From assembly GCA_963792585.1 (NCBI GenBank), contig CAWBWI010000001.1, positions 32,001 to 96,000 of the forward strand: a stretch of 64,000 nt of DNA, in the 5' to 3' direction. A program made the translations under genes and the position numbers. Numbering within the stretch: position 1 is the stretch's first letter; every line of letters begins with the position of its first letter. This document shows positions 53,810 to 62,346 of the stretch, piece by piece. The notes beneath the pieces are model-generated. The model worked only from the letters and a program-made list of their open reading frames with translations, did no database searches and had not been told where the DNA came from. This DNA comes from Candidatus Eiseniibacteriota bacterium. GTDB lineage: Bacteria; Eisenbacteria; RBG-16-71-46; CAIMUX01; VGJL01.

Positions 53810-53946
53810 TGAAAGAGGACGCGGATCGCAGGGCGCCCGATCGCGAAGCTGCGAGCCTACGCGTGCGGGGTTTTGCGCGGGAGTGTGTTCAGCAGTTAGA
53901 ATGCGTGCGCACCCTTTCGAGGAGCGCTGCAAAGAACGATGACGAT

Positions 53947-54030
53947 GCCGGGATGGCGGAACTGGTAGACGCAGCGGATTTAAAATCCGCCGGGCGCAAG
54001 CCCATCGGGGTTCGATCCCCCGTCCCGGCA
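53947..54030 (+). tRNA. tRNA-Leu (TAA), CCA not encoded
   Basis: GCCGGGA/TCCCGGC acceptor stem, GCGGA-TTTAAAA-TCCGC anticodon arm, long variable arm, TTCGATC loop. Confidence 0.95.
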
Positions 54031-54161
54031 GATTGCAGCGAAAGAAGTTAGCGAACCGGCAAGACCCCCGCCGCGTTCCCCGCGGGGAGCAATGCAAACA
54101 ATTTGCAAACCAATCCCTGTGAGCATCTCCCGTATCGAGGTGGGTCGCGGTCGGGGCCGGG

Positions 54162-54236
54162 TCGACATGACGAACGGCGGCTCCCCTGAAGGGAGCCGCC
54201 GTTGGTTATCTAGGAGGGAGGAGGTTTTACGGAATC
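54162..54236 (-). repeat. Copy A of a ~75 bp CCTCCTCC plus terminator-hairpin element
   Basis: Aligns with 57333-57409. Confidence 0.75.
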
Positions 54237-54258
54237 GCGTGTGTCCATTCCTGCATGA

Positions 54259-54798
54259 TCATGTCTTCTTGATTTTCTTCCTCGATGCCGCCAATCCAAT
54301 CAGCCCGGCGCCAACAAGGAGCAGGGTTGCCGGTTCCGGGATGGGTGTCACGTATTCGCGACCGAAGCTGCTGCTACCGAACTCGGAGATGCCGTTACCA
54401 GGATCCCCGGGATTGGTGTTGTTTGGGGCTTCATAGCCCGTCAACCTCGCTGTCCCGGTCGGCCCGTAAGCCCTCCCGTAGGAGATCCGCGCGATGGGAT
54501 CAAGGGCAACTGTCGCGACATCAAAGGTGTTTGTTGCGAGCGTGGCGTCCGTGCTCCTGGTCGCCGAATTCCCGCCCTGCCAATCCGTGCCGCTCTCTGG
54601 AATTCCATTGAGGACACCCGCAGAGCCGCTGCGATCAGCCGTCGGCTTGTTGGACACGTGTCCGAAACTCTGCGCCCATCCCAGCACCGGCGAGGCCGCC
54701 ACCGGGGGAGCGAAGATGATGGCACTCAAGGCCGTCACTGCCAACAGAGTCTGGAACTTGCCCATTCCACTCGATAGATCTCTCATCGATCTCTCCAT
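54259..54798 (-). CDS. PEP-CTERM sorting domain protein
   Basis: Signal peptide and C-terminal PIPEPATLLLVGAGLIGLAASRKKIKKT. Confidence 0.85.
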   Translation of the reverse strand: MERSMRDLSSGMGKFQTLLAVTALSAIIFAPPVAASPVLGWAQSFGHVSNKPTADRSGSAGVLNGIPESGTDWQGGNSATRSTDATLATNTFDVATVALDPIARISYGRAYGPTGTARLTGYEAPNNTNPGDPGNGISEFGSSSFGREYVTPIPEPATLLLVGAGLIGLAASRKKIKKT

Positions 54799-55237
54799 TC
54801 TCCAGGCTGGTGGGAAGAGTCACACTTCCATCGCCCCAACCCTGCGACCACAATCGGATGCGGACTGGCTGTCCGGCTTGGTGATGGTGCTGCTAATGGC
54901 GATCGTTCTGATATGGGACTTTCGCCGTATCGCGCGAATTCGCCCTCGTGTCCGGGCGGTATGTGTTCCACGCCCCTAGCTCCACCATTCTGATCGGGTC
55001 GTTCCAACCAGCGATCGCCCGGGTCACGCGCGCTCTGATCCAACGGCGCCTGGCCTAAGGCGTTAGCGAATCCTCACGGAATCGACCGCACATGGTCCTG
55101 AACTTGCTGCGTACTTCGTGAATCGAGCAACGCCGGAGCAGGCTTGGCAAAGTACGACCGCAAATGAGCCGCGGGCAACCGGCGCGGCGTTGGTCTTGCG
55201 AGAGGGTCCGAGTGCTGAAAGAGGGTAGGAACGATAT

Positions 55238-55354
55238 ATGGGCGACATGGGTGGTGGTTGGCTCGGCGGATGGATGGTCGTGTGGGGGATCGTTGGGGTC
55301 GCGGCACTGATCATGCTGGCTGTGTATCTGCTGCAAAGGCGACGCAGTTGGTAG
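55238..55354 (+). CDS. Small single-TM protein (38 aa, not in the ORF track)
   Basis: MGDMGGGWLGGWMVVWGIVGVAALIMLAVYLLQRRRSW* preceded by AGGA. Confidence 0.55.
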   Translation: MGDMGGGWLGGWMVVWGIVGVAALIMLAVYLLQRRRSW

Positions 55355-55436
55355 GCCGTGACTTTGCCGGCTCCTGCGGCCACCCGGTCTCGCCTTCACC
55401 GGCGCACCCTTGGCGTCATTCTGAGGAGGGTCGACC

Positions 55437-55886
55437 GTGACCAACCTGGCTCGTCGTGGCAGGGCGCAGATGTTGTCGGTGATCGTGCTCTTCGCGCTCA
55501 TCGGAGTCAGCGTGCAGGTTCTGCACATAGCTCATGGAAGTCAACTCACCTATGGACTCTCCTTCAACGTGGGGCTGCTCCTGCTGGCAGTACTTCTCTA
55601 TGCCGGCCACGGGGGATTTCGGATCGTCTACGGCCTGCTGCTACTCGTCTCGGCATTTGCGCTCGTCTTCGTGGGACTGACCAGGGCCATCGATGGTGTC
55701 GAGACCGCATGGTTCCTTCCCGTCATGTCCGCCGTCCTCATGTACTGCTGCTGGGTGACTCTCGTCTCCAAATCGGCAAGGCAGTTCCTTGCGGAAGGTC
55801 GGAGTGACTCGCGGCCGTGGTGGAGAATTGGCTTACTGAAGCCCTGTCGCGGCCGCTCCGCAGATGCGACGGTAGCGCAGCAGTAG
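55437..55886 (+). CDS. 4-TM membrane protein, paralog of 60790-61185
   Basis: GAGGAGG RBS. Shares RGRxQMLSVI, GLTRAIDG, TAW and SAR.FL. Confidence 0.7.
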   Translation: MTNLARRGRAQMLSVIVLFALIGVSVQVLHIAHGSQLTYGLSFNVGLLLLAVLLYAGHGGFRIVYGLLLLVSAFALVFVGLTRAIDGVETAWFLPVMSAVLMYCCWVTLVSKSARQFLAEGRSDSRPWWRIGLLKPCRGRSADATVAQQ

Positions 55887-56061
55887 GATCGAGAGAGGCC
55901 TCCGGGTCGGTTGGCTCTGCCGGGGCTTCCGGTCATTTGGGAGACTCGAACGGCGCCTGTAAATGTGACACTGGTTTGTAGCTCTTACGTGGTGTCCTAG
56001 GGCAAGAGGTCACCCTCGAAGAGAATTCGCCTCGTGATCCCGCTGAAGCACGTCGCCTGAT

Positions 56062-56077
56062 CGGCACGCTCGTTGCT
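56062..56077 (+). promoter_or_regulatory. sigma54 -24/-12 promoter
   Basis: CGGCACGCTCGTTGCT fits GG-N10-GC near consensus, about 35 bp before the next gene. Confidence 0.65.
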
Positions 56078-56109
56078 CATCACCATTCCGGGCCGATTCT
56101 GAAAGGAGA

Positions 56110-56352
56110 GTGATCATGACTTCACGATGCGAGGTATGCGGGAATGTGTATGACAAAGCATTCGAGGTCGTCATGAACGGCGAATCGCACGTTTTCGACA
56201 GCTTTGAGTGCGCGATTCACGCGCTGGCTCCCGAGTGTGCCCACTGCCATGGCAGGATCATCGGCCACGGCGCCGAGGCCTTTGGCGAGATGTACTGCTG
56301 CGCCCACTGCGCGATGCAGGAGGGGGTCGAAGCGGTGCGAGACCGAGCGTAG
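56110..56352 (+). CDS. Small Cys/His-rich metallothionein-like protein
   Basis: CEVCGN, FDSFECAIH, CAHCH, YCCAHCA. Confidence 0.8.
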   Translation: MIMTSRCEVCGNVYDKAFEVVMNGESHVFDSFECAIHALAPECAHCHGRIIGHGAEAFGEMYCCAHCAMQEGVEAVRDRA

Positions 56353-56479
56353 GTTACATAGTTGACGAGCCCATCCCACATCCGTGGATCGTCCCCGCCG
56401 GTTCGCAGATGGACGACGCTTTCCCATCGATCATCCGGGGAGGGATGAATTCGTTTGGGTCGGCGATAGGAGGTTCTTC

Positions 56480-56641
56480 GTGATCCGAAAGCTGAAGTCC
56501 GGCGGATACCGGCTCTATGCGCGGAAGAAGAACGCGAAGACAGGCAAGCGCCGGAATCTGGGGACTTTCAGGACCCGGGTGGCGGCCGAGAGGCACGAGC
56601 GGGCGATCCAGTTCTTCAAGCACAAGGCTGGTTCGGTCTGA
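56480..56641 (+). CDS. Small basic hypothetical protein
   Basis: AGGAGG RBS with GTG start. IRKLKSGGYRLY..KTGKRRNLGTF..AAERHERAIQFFK. Confidence 0.75.
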   Translation: MIRKLKSGGYRLYARKKNAKTGKRRNLGTFRTRVAAERHERAIQFFKHKAGSV

Positions 56642-56723
56642 GCGTTGCCGGAGCGGGCGCGGGTTTCGGGTCTCTCGAGTCGGCTCAGACGCTGCATCGA
56701 TGCAGCCATGAAGGAGCAGGACG

Positions 56724-57227
56724 ATGCCCACCACAAAGCAGCGACAGGCGGTCAAGGGGAGTGTCAAGCAGGCACCCGCGAAGCGGGATTCCATCGGGCG
56801 AGGCGGGCGCGCCCGCACGCATCCGCACGGCGGTCGGGCCAAGCCGGGATCGACAGGCGAGGGGGAGTACTTCCACATCGGGGTGCGCCCCAAGAGCGAC
56901 TTCGTGGCCTTCCGCACGCAGGATGTCGGTGAGCCGGGCGGTATCCAGAGAGTGGCCGGGAAACGCGAGAGCGGCTCATGGGACACGCAGAAGTGGCTGA
57001 TCAGCAAGGAACTGGCCCACATCGAGGGTGATCGGCTCGTTCCCGACACCGAGCCGGCGCGAGAGGTCTTGAAGTCCCTCGGCTCTGCACCCGTGCGCAT
57101 CGAAGAGGATCGCTTCAGCGCGAAGCCGCCCCGCAACATCCCGGAGCGCGAGAAGCCTACTCCTGCGCAGCAGGCGGCGCGCAGGCGAAACATCAAGAAG
57201 GCACAGGCTGCCAGACAGAAGACGTGA
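56724..57227 (+). CDS. Basic hypothetical protein
   Basis: AAGGAG RBS. FRTQDVGEPGGIQRVAGKR, WDTQKWLISK, RRNIKKAQAAR. Confidence 0.7.
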   Translation: MPTTKQRQAVKGSVKQAPAKRDSIGRGGRARTHPHGGRAKPGSTGEGEYFHIGVRPKSDFVAFRTQDVGEPGGIQRVAGKRESGSWDTQKWLISKELAHIEGDRLVPDTEPAREVLKSLGSAPVRIEEDRFSAKPPRNIPEREKPTPAQQAARRRNIKKAQAARQKT

Positions 57228-57332
57228 GGCCGAGCGCATCACGTATCGGCAACGCCCGGCGTCCGACGACGGCGATCCCGAGGGTCGCTGTCGTCGATGC
57301 GCTTCGGGTTGCGACGGGGCCGATACCATCGC

Positions 57333-57409
57333 TCGACAAGACAAACGGCGGCTCCTTTGAGGGGAGCCGCCGTTTCCGGCATGGAAGGAGGAGGTCCTAC
57401 GTCGGATTC
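57333..57409 (-). repeat. Copy B of the CCTCCTCC plus hairpin element
   Basis: Aligns with 54162-54236. Confidence 0.75.
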
Positions 57410-57474
57410 CAAATCCTCAGGGCACCAGCAGCATCCTCACCCCTTGTGACCCGCCCGAGGCCCCGCGCATTCTC

Positions 57475-57740
57475 AAGAAGGTCTTCCATCCCACCGCAAA
57501 GAACTACAAACTCGATCTCTTCTCGCCCGACGACGGAGTATACGAGTCCTCCGCGGTCACGACGAGCCTGGATCTGGATGCAAGAGGCTCTGGTTCTTCG
57601 TGGCCGGTCGGCGAGCTCAGGAGGAGACGCTGGCCGAGTTGAAGGGCGGCTTCGCGATCGATACGATCCTGACGAAGCGCTACGCGGCAAGCAGCGCCTG
57701 GCAGTGGATCAGCGTCCTGGCGCACAATAATCTGAAAGAC
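57475..57740 (+). mobile_element. IS1380-family transposase remnant
   Basis: KNYKLDLFSPDDGVYESSAVTT, frameshift, then LWFFVAGRRAQEETLAELKGGF..YAASSAWQWISVLAHN. Confidence 0.65.
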
Positions 57741-57791
57741 AGCCCTCGCGACTCGATCGAATCCGCCGTCGCGGGTTGAAGGACCGATACC

Positions 57792-59900
57792 ATGAATGAT
57801 GTCAATCGCATACATCGCGGGCACAGAGGCGATCCACATGCCGGCCATGCGACGCCCAAGCGTCCCGTAGACACGCCCAAGCGTCCCGTAGAGACGGCTG
57901 GCGGCCACGTGGGACACGATCGTCATGCCGGCCACTCCGTGGCCATGTTCCGAGACAAGTTCTGGCTGAGCCTCGCACTGACCGTGCCGGTCGTCATCTG
58001 GTCCGTGGAGGTGCAACACTGGCTCGGATATTCCGCGCCGACCTTCCCGGGATCCACGCTCATCGCCCCGATCCTGGGGAGCGCGGTGTTCTTCTATGGA
58101 GGCCTCGTCTTCCTCCGTGGGGCGCGCGGTGAGCTCAACGTCAGACGACCGGGCATGATGACACTCATCAGTCTGGCGATCACGGTCGCCTTCATCGCCT
58201 CTCTGGCGGCGTCCCTCCGGTTCTTCGACGTCGACGTCTGGTGGGAGCTCGCGACGCTGATCACGATTATGCTCCTTGGCCACTGGCTGGAGATGCGGGC
58301 GATCGCTCAGGCACGCGGAGCTCTTGGGGCGCTGGCGGCGCTGCTTCCCGACACCGCCGAGCGAGTGACCAGTGACACGATCGAGATCGTGCCGCTGGCG
58401 GCGCTGCGCATGGGTGACATTGTCCTCGCCCGCCCAGGCGCGCGAATCCCCGCGGACGGCGCGGTGGTCGACGGCGCCGCCGAGGTCGACGAATCGATGA
58501 TCACCGGCGAGTCGCGATCGGTCCCGAAGAAGGCAGGCTCGAGTGTCGTCGCTGGCACCGTAGCGGGTGGCGGCAGCCTCCGGATCAGGGTCACGGCGGT
58601 CGGAGAGAAGACGGCACTTTCGGGGATCATGCGACTCGTCGCAGCGGCTCAGGCTTCCGCTTCCCGGACACAGGCGCTCGCCGATCGCGCGGCGGCGCTT
58701 CTCTTCTATGTGGCGCTCGCCTCCGGCGCGGCCACACTCGCGTACTGGTGGATTTCCGGCGACCTCGGACACGCGCTGACCCGAATGACGACGGTCCTGG
58801 TCATCGCCTGCCCGCACGCCCTCGGCCTGGCGATCCCGCTCGTGATCGCGATCTCGACATCGGTCGGCGCGCGAAACGGGCTGCTCATCAAGGATCGCCT
58901 GGCGCTCGAGCGCGCTCGAAACCTGGACATCGTGATCTTCGACAAGACGGGGACGCTGACCCGGGGTGCGCCCACGCTCTCGGGCGTATCGGCTGCTCAT
59001 GGCGCGAGTGAAGACGAGCTTCTCACCCTCGCCGCTGCCGTCGAGGCGGATTCCGAGCATCCTTTGGCCCGGGCGATCGTGGAAGCGGCGGAGCGTCGCC
59101 GGCTGCCCACCCGCCGGGCGACCGGCTTCGAGGCACTCTCCGGTCGGGGCGCGCGAGCGACAGTGGACGGCCGCAGCATAGCCGTCGGCGGTCCACGACT
59201 CCTCGCGGAGGTCGGCGCCCCCGTCCCGCCGGAGGTTGAGGTCACCGCAACGACCTGGGCTGCCGCCGGGAATTCGGTGCTCTACGTCGTCGCTGACGGC
59301 CAAGTCCTCGGCGCGCTTGGGGTCGAGGACGCGATCCGCCCGGAGTCCGTCGCCGCCGTCGTGTCCCTTCACCGGCTCGGCGTGCGCGTTGCGATGCTCA
59401 CGGGCGACTCCCAGGCCGTGGCAGCCGCGGTTGCGGGCCGGCTCGGCATCGACGAAGTCGCGGCCCAGATTCTTCCGGCGGACAAGGCCGCGACCGTCGC
59501 ACGGTTCCAGTCCGGTGGCAAGCGGGTCGCAATGGTCGGCGACGGCGTCAACGATGCGCCGGCGCTGGCCGCTGCGGACGTGGGGATTGCCATCGGCGCC
59601 GGGACCGATGTGGCGGTGGAGTCGGCCGGGATCGTCCTTGTACGCGACGATCCGCGTGACGTCCTGGGGGCGATCCAGCTTTCGCGGGCCACCCATCGCA
59701 AGATGGTCCAGAACCTCGTCTGGGCGACCGGTTACAACCTCGTCGCGATCCCGATCGCCGCCGGTGTGCTCGTCCCATGGGGGATCGACCTGCCGATGAG
59801 CGTCGGGGCGATCGCGATGAGCGCCTCCACCATCGTCGTGGCCTTGAACGCGCAACTCCTTCGCCGGCTGAAGCTGCGGTCCGAGGAAGAGCCGGCGTGA
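57792..59900 (+). CDS. copB: P1B-type heavy-metal ATPase, CopB-like (CPH)
   Basis: His-rich N-terminus, TGES, IACPHALG, DKTGT, SEHP, GDGVND, YNL and MSAST. Confidence 0.92.
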   Translation: MNDVNRIHRGHRGDPHAGHATPKRPVDTPKRPVETAGGHVGHDRHAGHSVAMFRDKFWLSLALTVPVVIWSVEVQHWLGYSAPTFPGSTLIAPILGSAVFFYGGLVFLRGARGELNVRRPGMMTLISLAITVAFIASLAASLRFFDVDVWWELATLITIMLLGHWLEMRAIAQARGALGALAALLPDTAERVTSDTIEIVPLAALRMGDIVLARPGARIPADGAVVDGAAEVDESMITGESRSVPKKAGSSVVAGTVAGGGSLRIRVTAVGEKTALSGIMRLVAAAQASASRTQALADRAAALLFYVALASGAATLAYWWISGDLGHALTRMTTVLVIACPHALGLAIPLVIAISTSVGARNGLLIKDRLALERARNLDIVIFDKTGTLTRGAPTLSGVSAAHGASEDELLTLAAAVEADSEHPLARAIVEAAERRRLPTRRATGFEALSGRGARATVDGRSIAVGGPRLLAEVGAPVPPEVEVTATTWAAAGNSVLYVVADGQVLGALGVEDAIRPESVAAVVSLHRLGVRVAMLTGDSQAVAAAVAGRLGIDEVAAQILPADKAATVARFQSGGKRVAMVGDGVNDAPALAAADVGIAIGAGTDVAVESAGIVLVRDDPRDVLGAIQLSRATHRKMVQNLVWATGYNLVAIPIAAGVLVPWGIDLPMSVGAIAMSASTIVVALNAQLLRRLKLRSEEEPA

Positions 59901-60145
59901 CTGCCGCGACCCGGAGGGCTCTGTTCAGACCCGATGCCAGAATCCCTCTAGAAGATCAGAAGGAGCTCTGCCGCTGCCGCCCGGCGATGTCATGGACCTC
60001 ATGTTTCGCTGGGTACATCCCGGACCATGAGACCCAGTGCTGTCCTTGTGCTCTCCACTCCAGCTCAGTACCATGTATGCCGATCGGTCGACGGAGCTGC
60101 GAGGTTGCCTGACCTATGACGATGGGCAGGCGGGGAGGCCGCTCC

Positions 60146-60751
60146 ATGAACCTCTGTCCGAACGTGATAATCCGCGTGCTCGTGATGGCGGCGGTCCTTC
60201 TCGCCCTGGGGAGCGTCCCGGCACGATCGCTTGACGCGCTTGCGCTCATCGATTCCGTCGGCAGCGCGACTGTGCCGCTTCCGGGGCTGACGACCGAGCA
60301 GCTCGTCAAGATCCGTCACGCCGCGTCGATGGAGCTGATCTACGGCGACTCCACGAGCCTCATCCGGCGGAGGTTCTCCAAAGGCGCAACCGCCTGGGAC
60401 GTACAGGAGCATGCGCTCGTCATCCAGAATACGCGCCCACTGCCGGCAGAGGCCGCCCTCCGGCAGATCCGCATCAAGAACCCGCCGAACGTCGGGGCCG
60501 CCGTTGTGATCGGTATCCCGACCGGGATTCTCCTGACTGTGGTTGCGGCAACCGTTTTTCACAACGACAGTCGCCCCCACAACGAGGGATATATCGACTT
60601 TCCGACCGGGCGCGAACTAGCGCTCATCGGCGCCGGCACATTCGTGGTCGGCCCTATCGTGGCGTATCGCCTGATGGGGCGGTGGCAGACGATCGACCTG
60701 GTGCACGACACGCAATCCGGATGGAGACGGGTCTTCCACCGGAAGCAATGA
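60146..60751 (+). CDS. Hypothetical protein with signal peptide and C-terminal TMs
   Basis: GGAGG RBS, hydrophobic N-terminus, two C-terminal hydrophobic segments. Confidence 0.55.
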   Translation: MNLCPNVIIRVLVMAAVLLALGSVPARSLDALALIDSVGSATVPLPGLTTEQLVKIRHAASMELIYGDSTSLIRRRFSKGATAWDVQEHALVIQNTRPLPAEAALRQIRIKNPPNVGAAVVIGIPTGILLTVVAATVFHNDSRPHNEGYIDFPTGRELALIGAGTFVVGPIVAYRLMGRWQTIDLVHDTQSGWRRVFHRKQ

Positions 60752-60789
60752 GCACCTGAATCCTTGGTTCTCCGTGAGGAGGGTGGATC

Positions 60790-61185
60790 ATGACGGAAAC
60801 AAGCGAACGCGGCAGGCAGCAGATGCTGTCGGTGATCCTGCTCCTGCTGTTGCTCGGCGTCGTGTCGCAGTTGACGCGTCAACGCGGCGACAATGGCATT
60901 CTCTTCGGGCAGTCCTTCGGGGTCATTCTGGTGCTGCTGGCGATCCTCGTCTACAACGGGCATCGGCGGTTTCGGGTCGTCACCGGCCTGCTCTTTCTCG
61001 CCGGGGCTCTGGCATTCATCTTCACGGGACTGACTCGGGCCATCGACGGCCTGCGGACCGCATGGTATCTCATCATCATGTCCGGCGCCTTGGCGTACGG
61101 CTCCTGGGTGATTCTCCGGTCCAGGTCGGCGAGGGAATTCCTCGAGGAGAAGCAGCGGGGGATGGATGAGGCCGCGGGGAGGTGA
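60790..61185 (+). CDS. 4-TM membrane protein, paralog of 55437-55886
   Basis: Shared motifs as listed for the paralog. Confidence 0.7.
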   Translation: MTETSERGRQQMLSVILLLLLLGVVSQLTRQRGDNGILFGQSFGVILVLLAILVYNGHRRFRVVTGLLFLAGALAFIFTGLTRAIDGLRTAWYLIIMSGALAYGSWVILRSRSAREFLEEKQRGMDEAAGR

Positions 61186-61195
61186 CCCGGATCGC

Positions 61196-61417
61196 TCAGA
61201 ACCGCGCCTGGATCCCGAATAGCACCTGCCGCCCGGCGGTGAGCGTCTGCGGATTGTTCACCTGCGCCGTCGCCGTGCCGTTGCCCATGTCCACGATGTA
61301 ATCGCCGGTCTCATTGTGCTCATGGAAGTAGGCGAGGAAGTTCGCGCTGCTCACCTTCATCGGATAGACGTCGATGTCGACGCCGGGATCTTCCGGTTCG
61401 GAGGTTGGTGAAGGCAC
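61196..61417 (-). pseudogene. Probable C-terminal remnant of an outer-membrane (TonB-dependent-like) protein
   Basis: Ends NPQTLTAGRQVLFGIQARF, a beta-signal-like strand with terminal Phe. Confidence 0.45.
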
Positions 61418-61457
61418 CCCGCCTCCACATCGGAAGCGCCGACGCCCGATGGACGAA

Positions 61458-62339
61458 TCAGACCTCTCCCGATGGGCCCAGGCCGACCAGCGCTCCCTCC
61501 TCCATCAATGATGTGATGACTTCCGCCGCATCGTCCGGCGCCGCCCCCAGGCGAATCGCCTCTTCACACAGATCCTCGAACCGGCGGGGGGTGGACGCAA
61601 AACTGAGCAGAGCGAACAGTTCCCGAGTCACTTCCGCAATGCCGACGGGAAACCTCACCCGCGGGCCGTCGTCGCGGACCAGTTCCAGGAGCAGCGGCTC
61701 GTCTTGCTCGGGATCCACCTGGGTGCACGGAACGGCCCGCCCCGGGGCCAGCACTGCCGCGGCAAGTTCCGCCCCGGACGCAGGGAGATCCGCATAGATC
61801 TCGTCATGCAGATCGGCCGTTCCCTCCGCCGCTTCGTGCAGTGCCTTGTCGGGCGATCGCTGGAGCAACGATCCCGGACCTCCGGTGGCCGGCGCTACGG
61901 CTGGAGCGCCACGACGAAGTCGCGCGATCGCCTGTTCCAGCCGGACCAGATGGGTCAATCGGCGGTCCGAAAGAGCTCCCTTCAGCGAGAGCGCGATCAG
62001 GTAGTCACCGAACGCGATCGCCATCGAGCCGCGCCCGCGCACGCACAGGTGGAACTCGAGCGAGGAGAAGAAGCCGATCGGCTGTCCCGGCGGGCCTCCG
62101 GCCGCCATGTAGAGCGCTAGACTCGTGGGGTACTCCTGAGCGAGGACGGTCAGGGCCCTCGACGGCCGCCCGGAATCGGCGCGCCAGGCACGTGGGTCCG
62201 AGGAGGCGAGCCAGGACCGTTCCTCCTCGGTGAGGTCTTCGCCGACAAGCGCATCCGCGGGGGTGGCCACGACGCGCGCCGCGTAGCTGGCATCGAACAG
62301 CATCCGCACCATGATCCGCTGAAGGGCGCGGGCGCTCAT
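61458..62339 (-). CDS. DUF2063-like MNIO partner protein
   Basis: Directly downstream of the DUF692 gene. ALQRIMVRMLFD, AFGDYL, LVRLEQAIARLRR and a winged-helix-like end. Confidence 0.6.
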   Translation of the reverse strand: MSARALQRIMVRMLFDASYAARVVATPADALVGEDLTEEERSWLASSDPRAWRADSGRPSRALTVLAQEYPTSLALYMAAGGPPGQPIGFFSSLEFHLCVRGRGSMAIAFGDYLIALSLKGALSDRRLTHLVRLEQAIARLRRGAPAVAPATGGPGSLLQRSPDKALHEAAEGTADLHDEIYADLPASGAELAAAVLAPGRAVPCTQVDPEQDEPLLLELVRDDGPRVRFPVGIAEVTRELFALLSFASTPRRFEDLCEEAIRLGAAPDDAAEVITSLMEEGALVGLGPSGEV

Positions 62340-62346
62340 CCCGCGC

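Noticed and set aside
54956..54970. Possible sigma54 promoter (TGGAAC-N-GC, minus strand) for the PEP-CTERM gene
   Set aside because: The spacing fits but the TT before GC is absent, so it is too weak to call.
60214..60223. 10 bp match to the tRNA-Leu 3' end (CGTCCCGGCA) as a possible attR
   Set aside because: It is short, GC-rich and inside an ORF, so it is compatible with chance.
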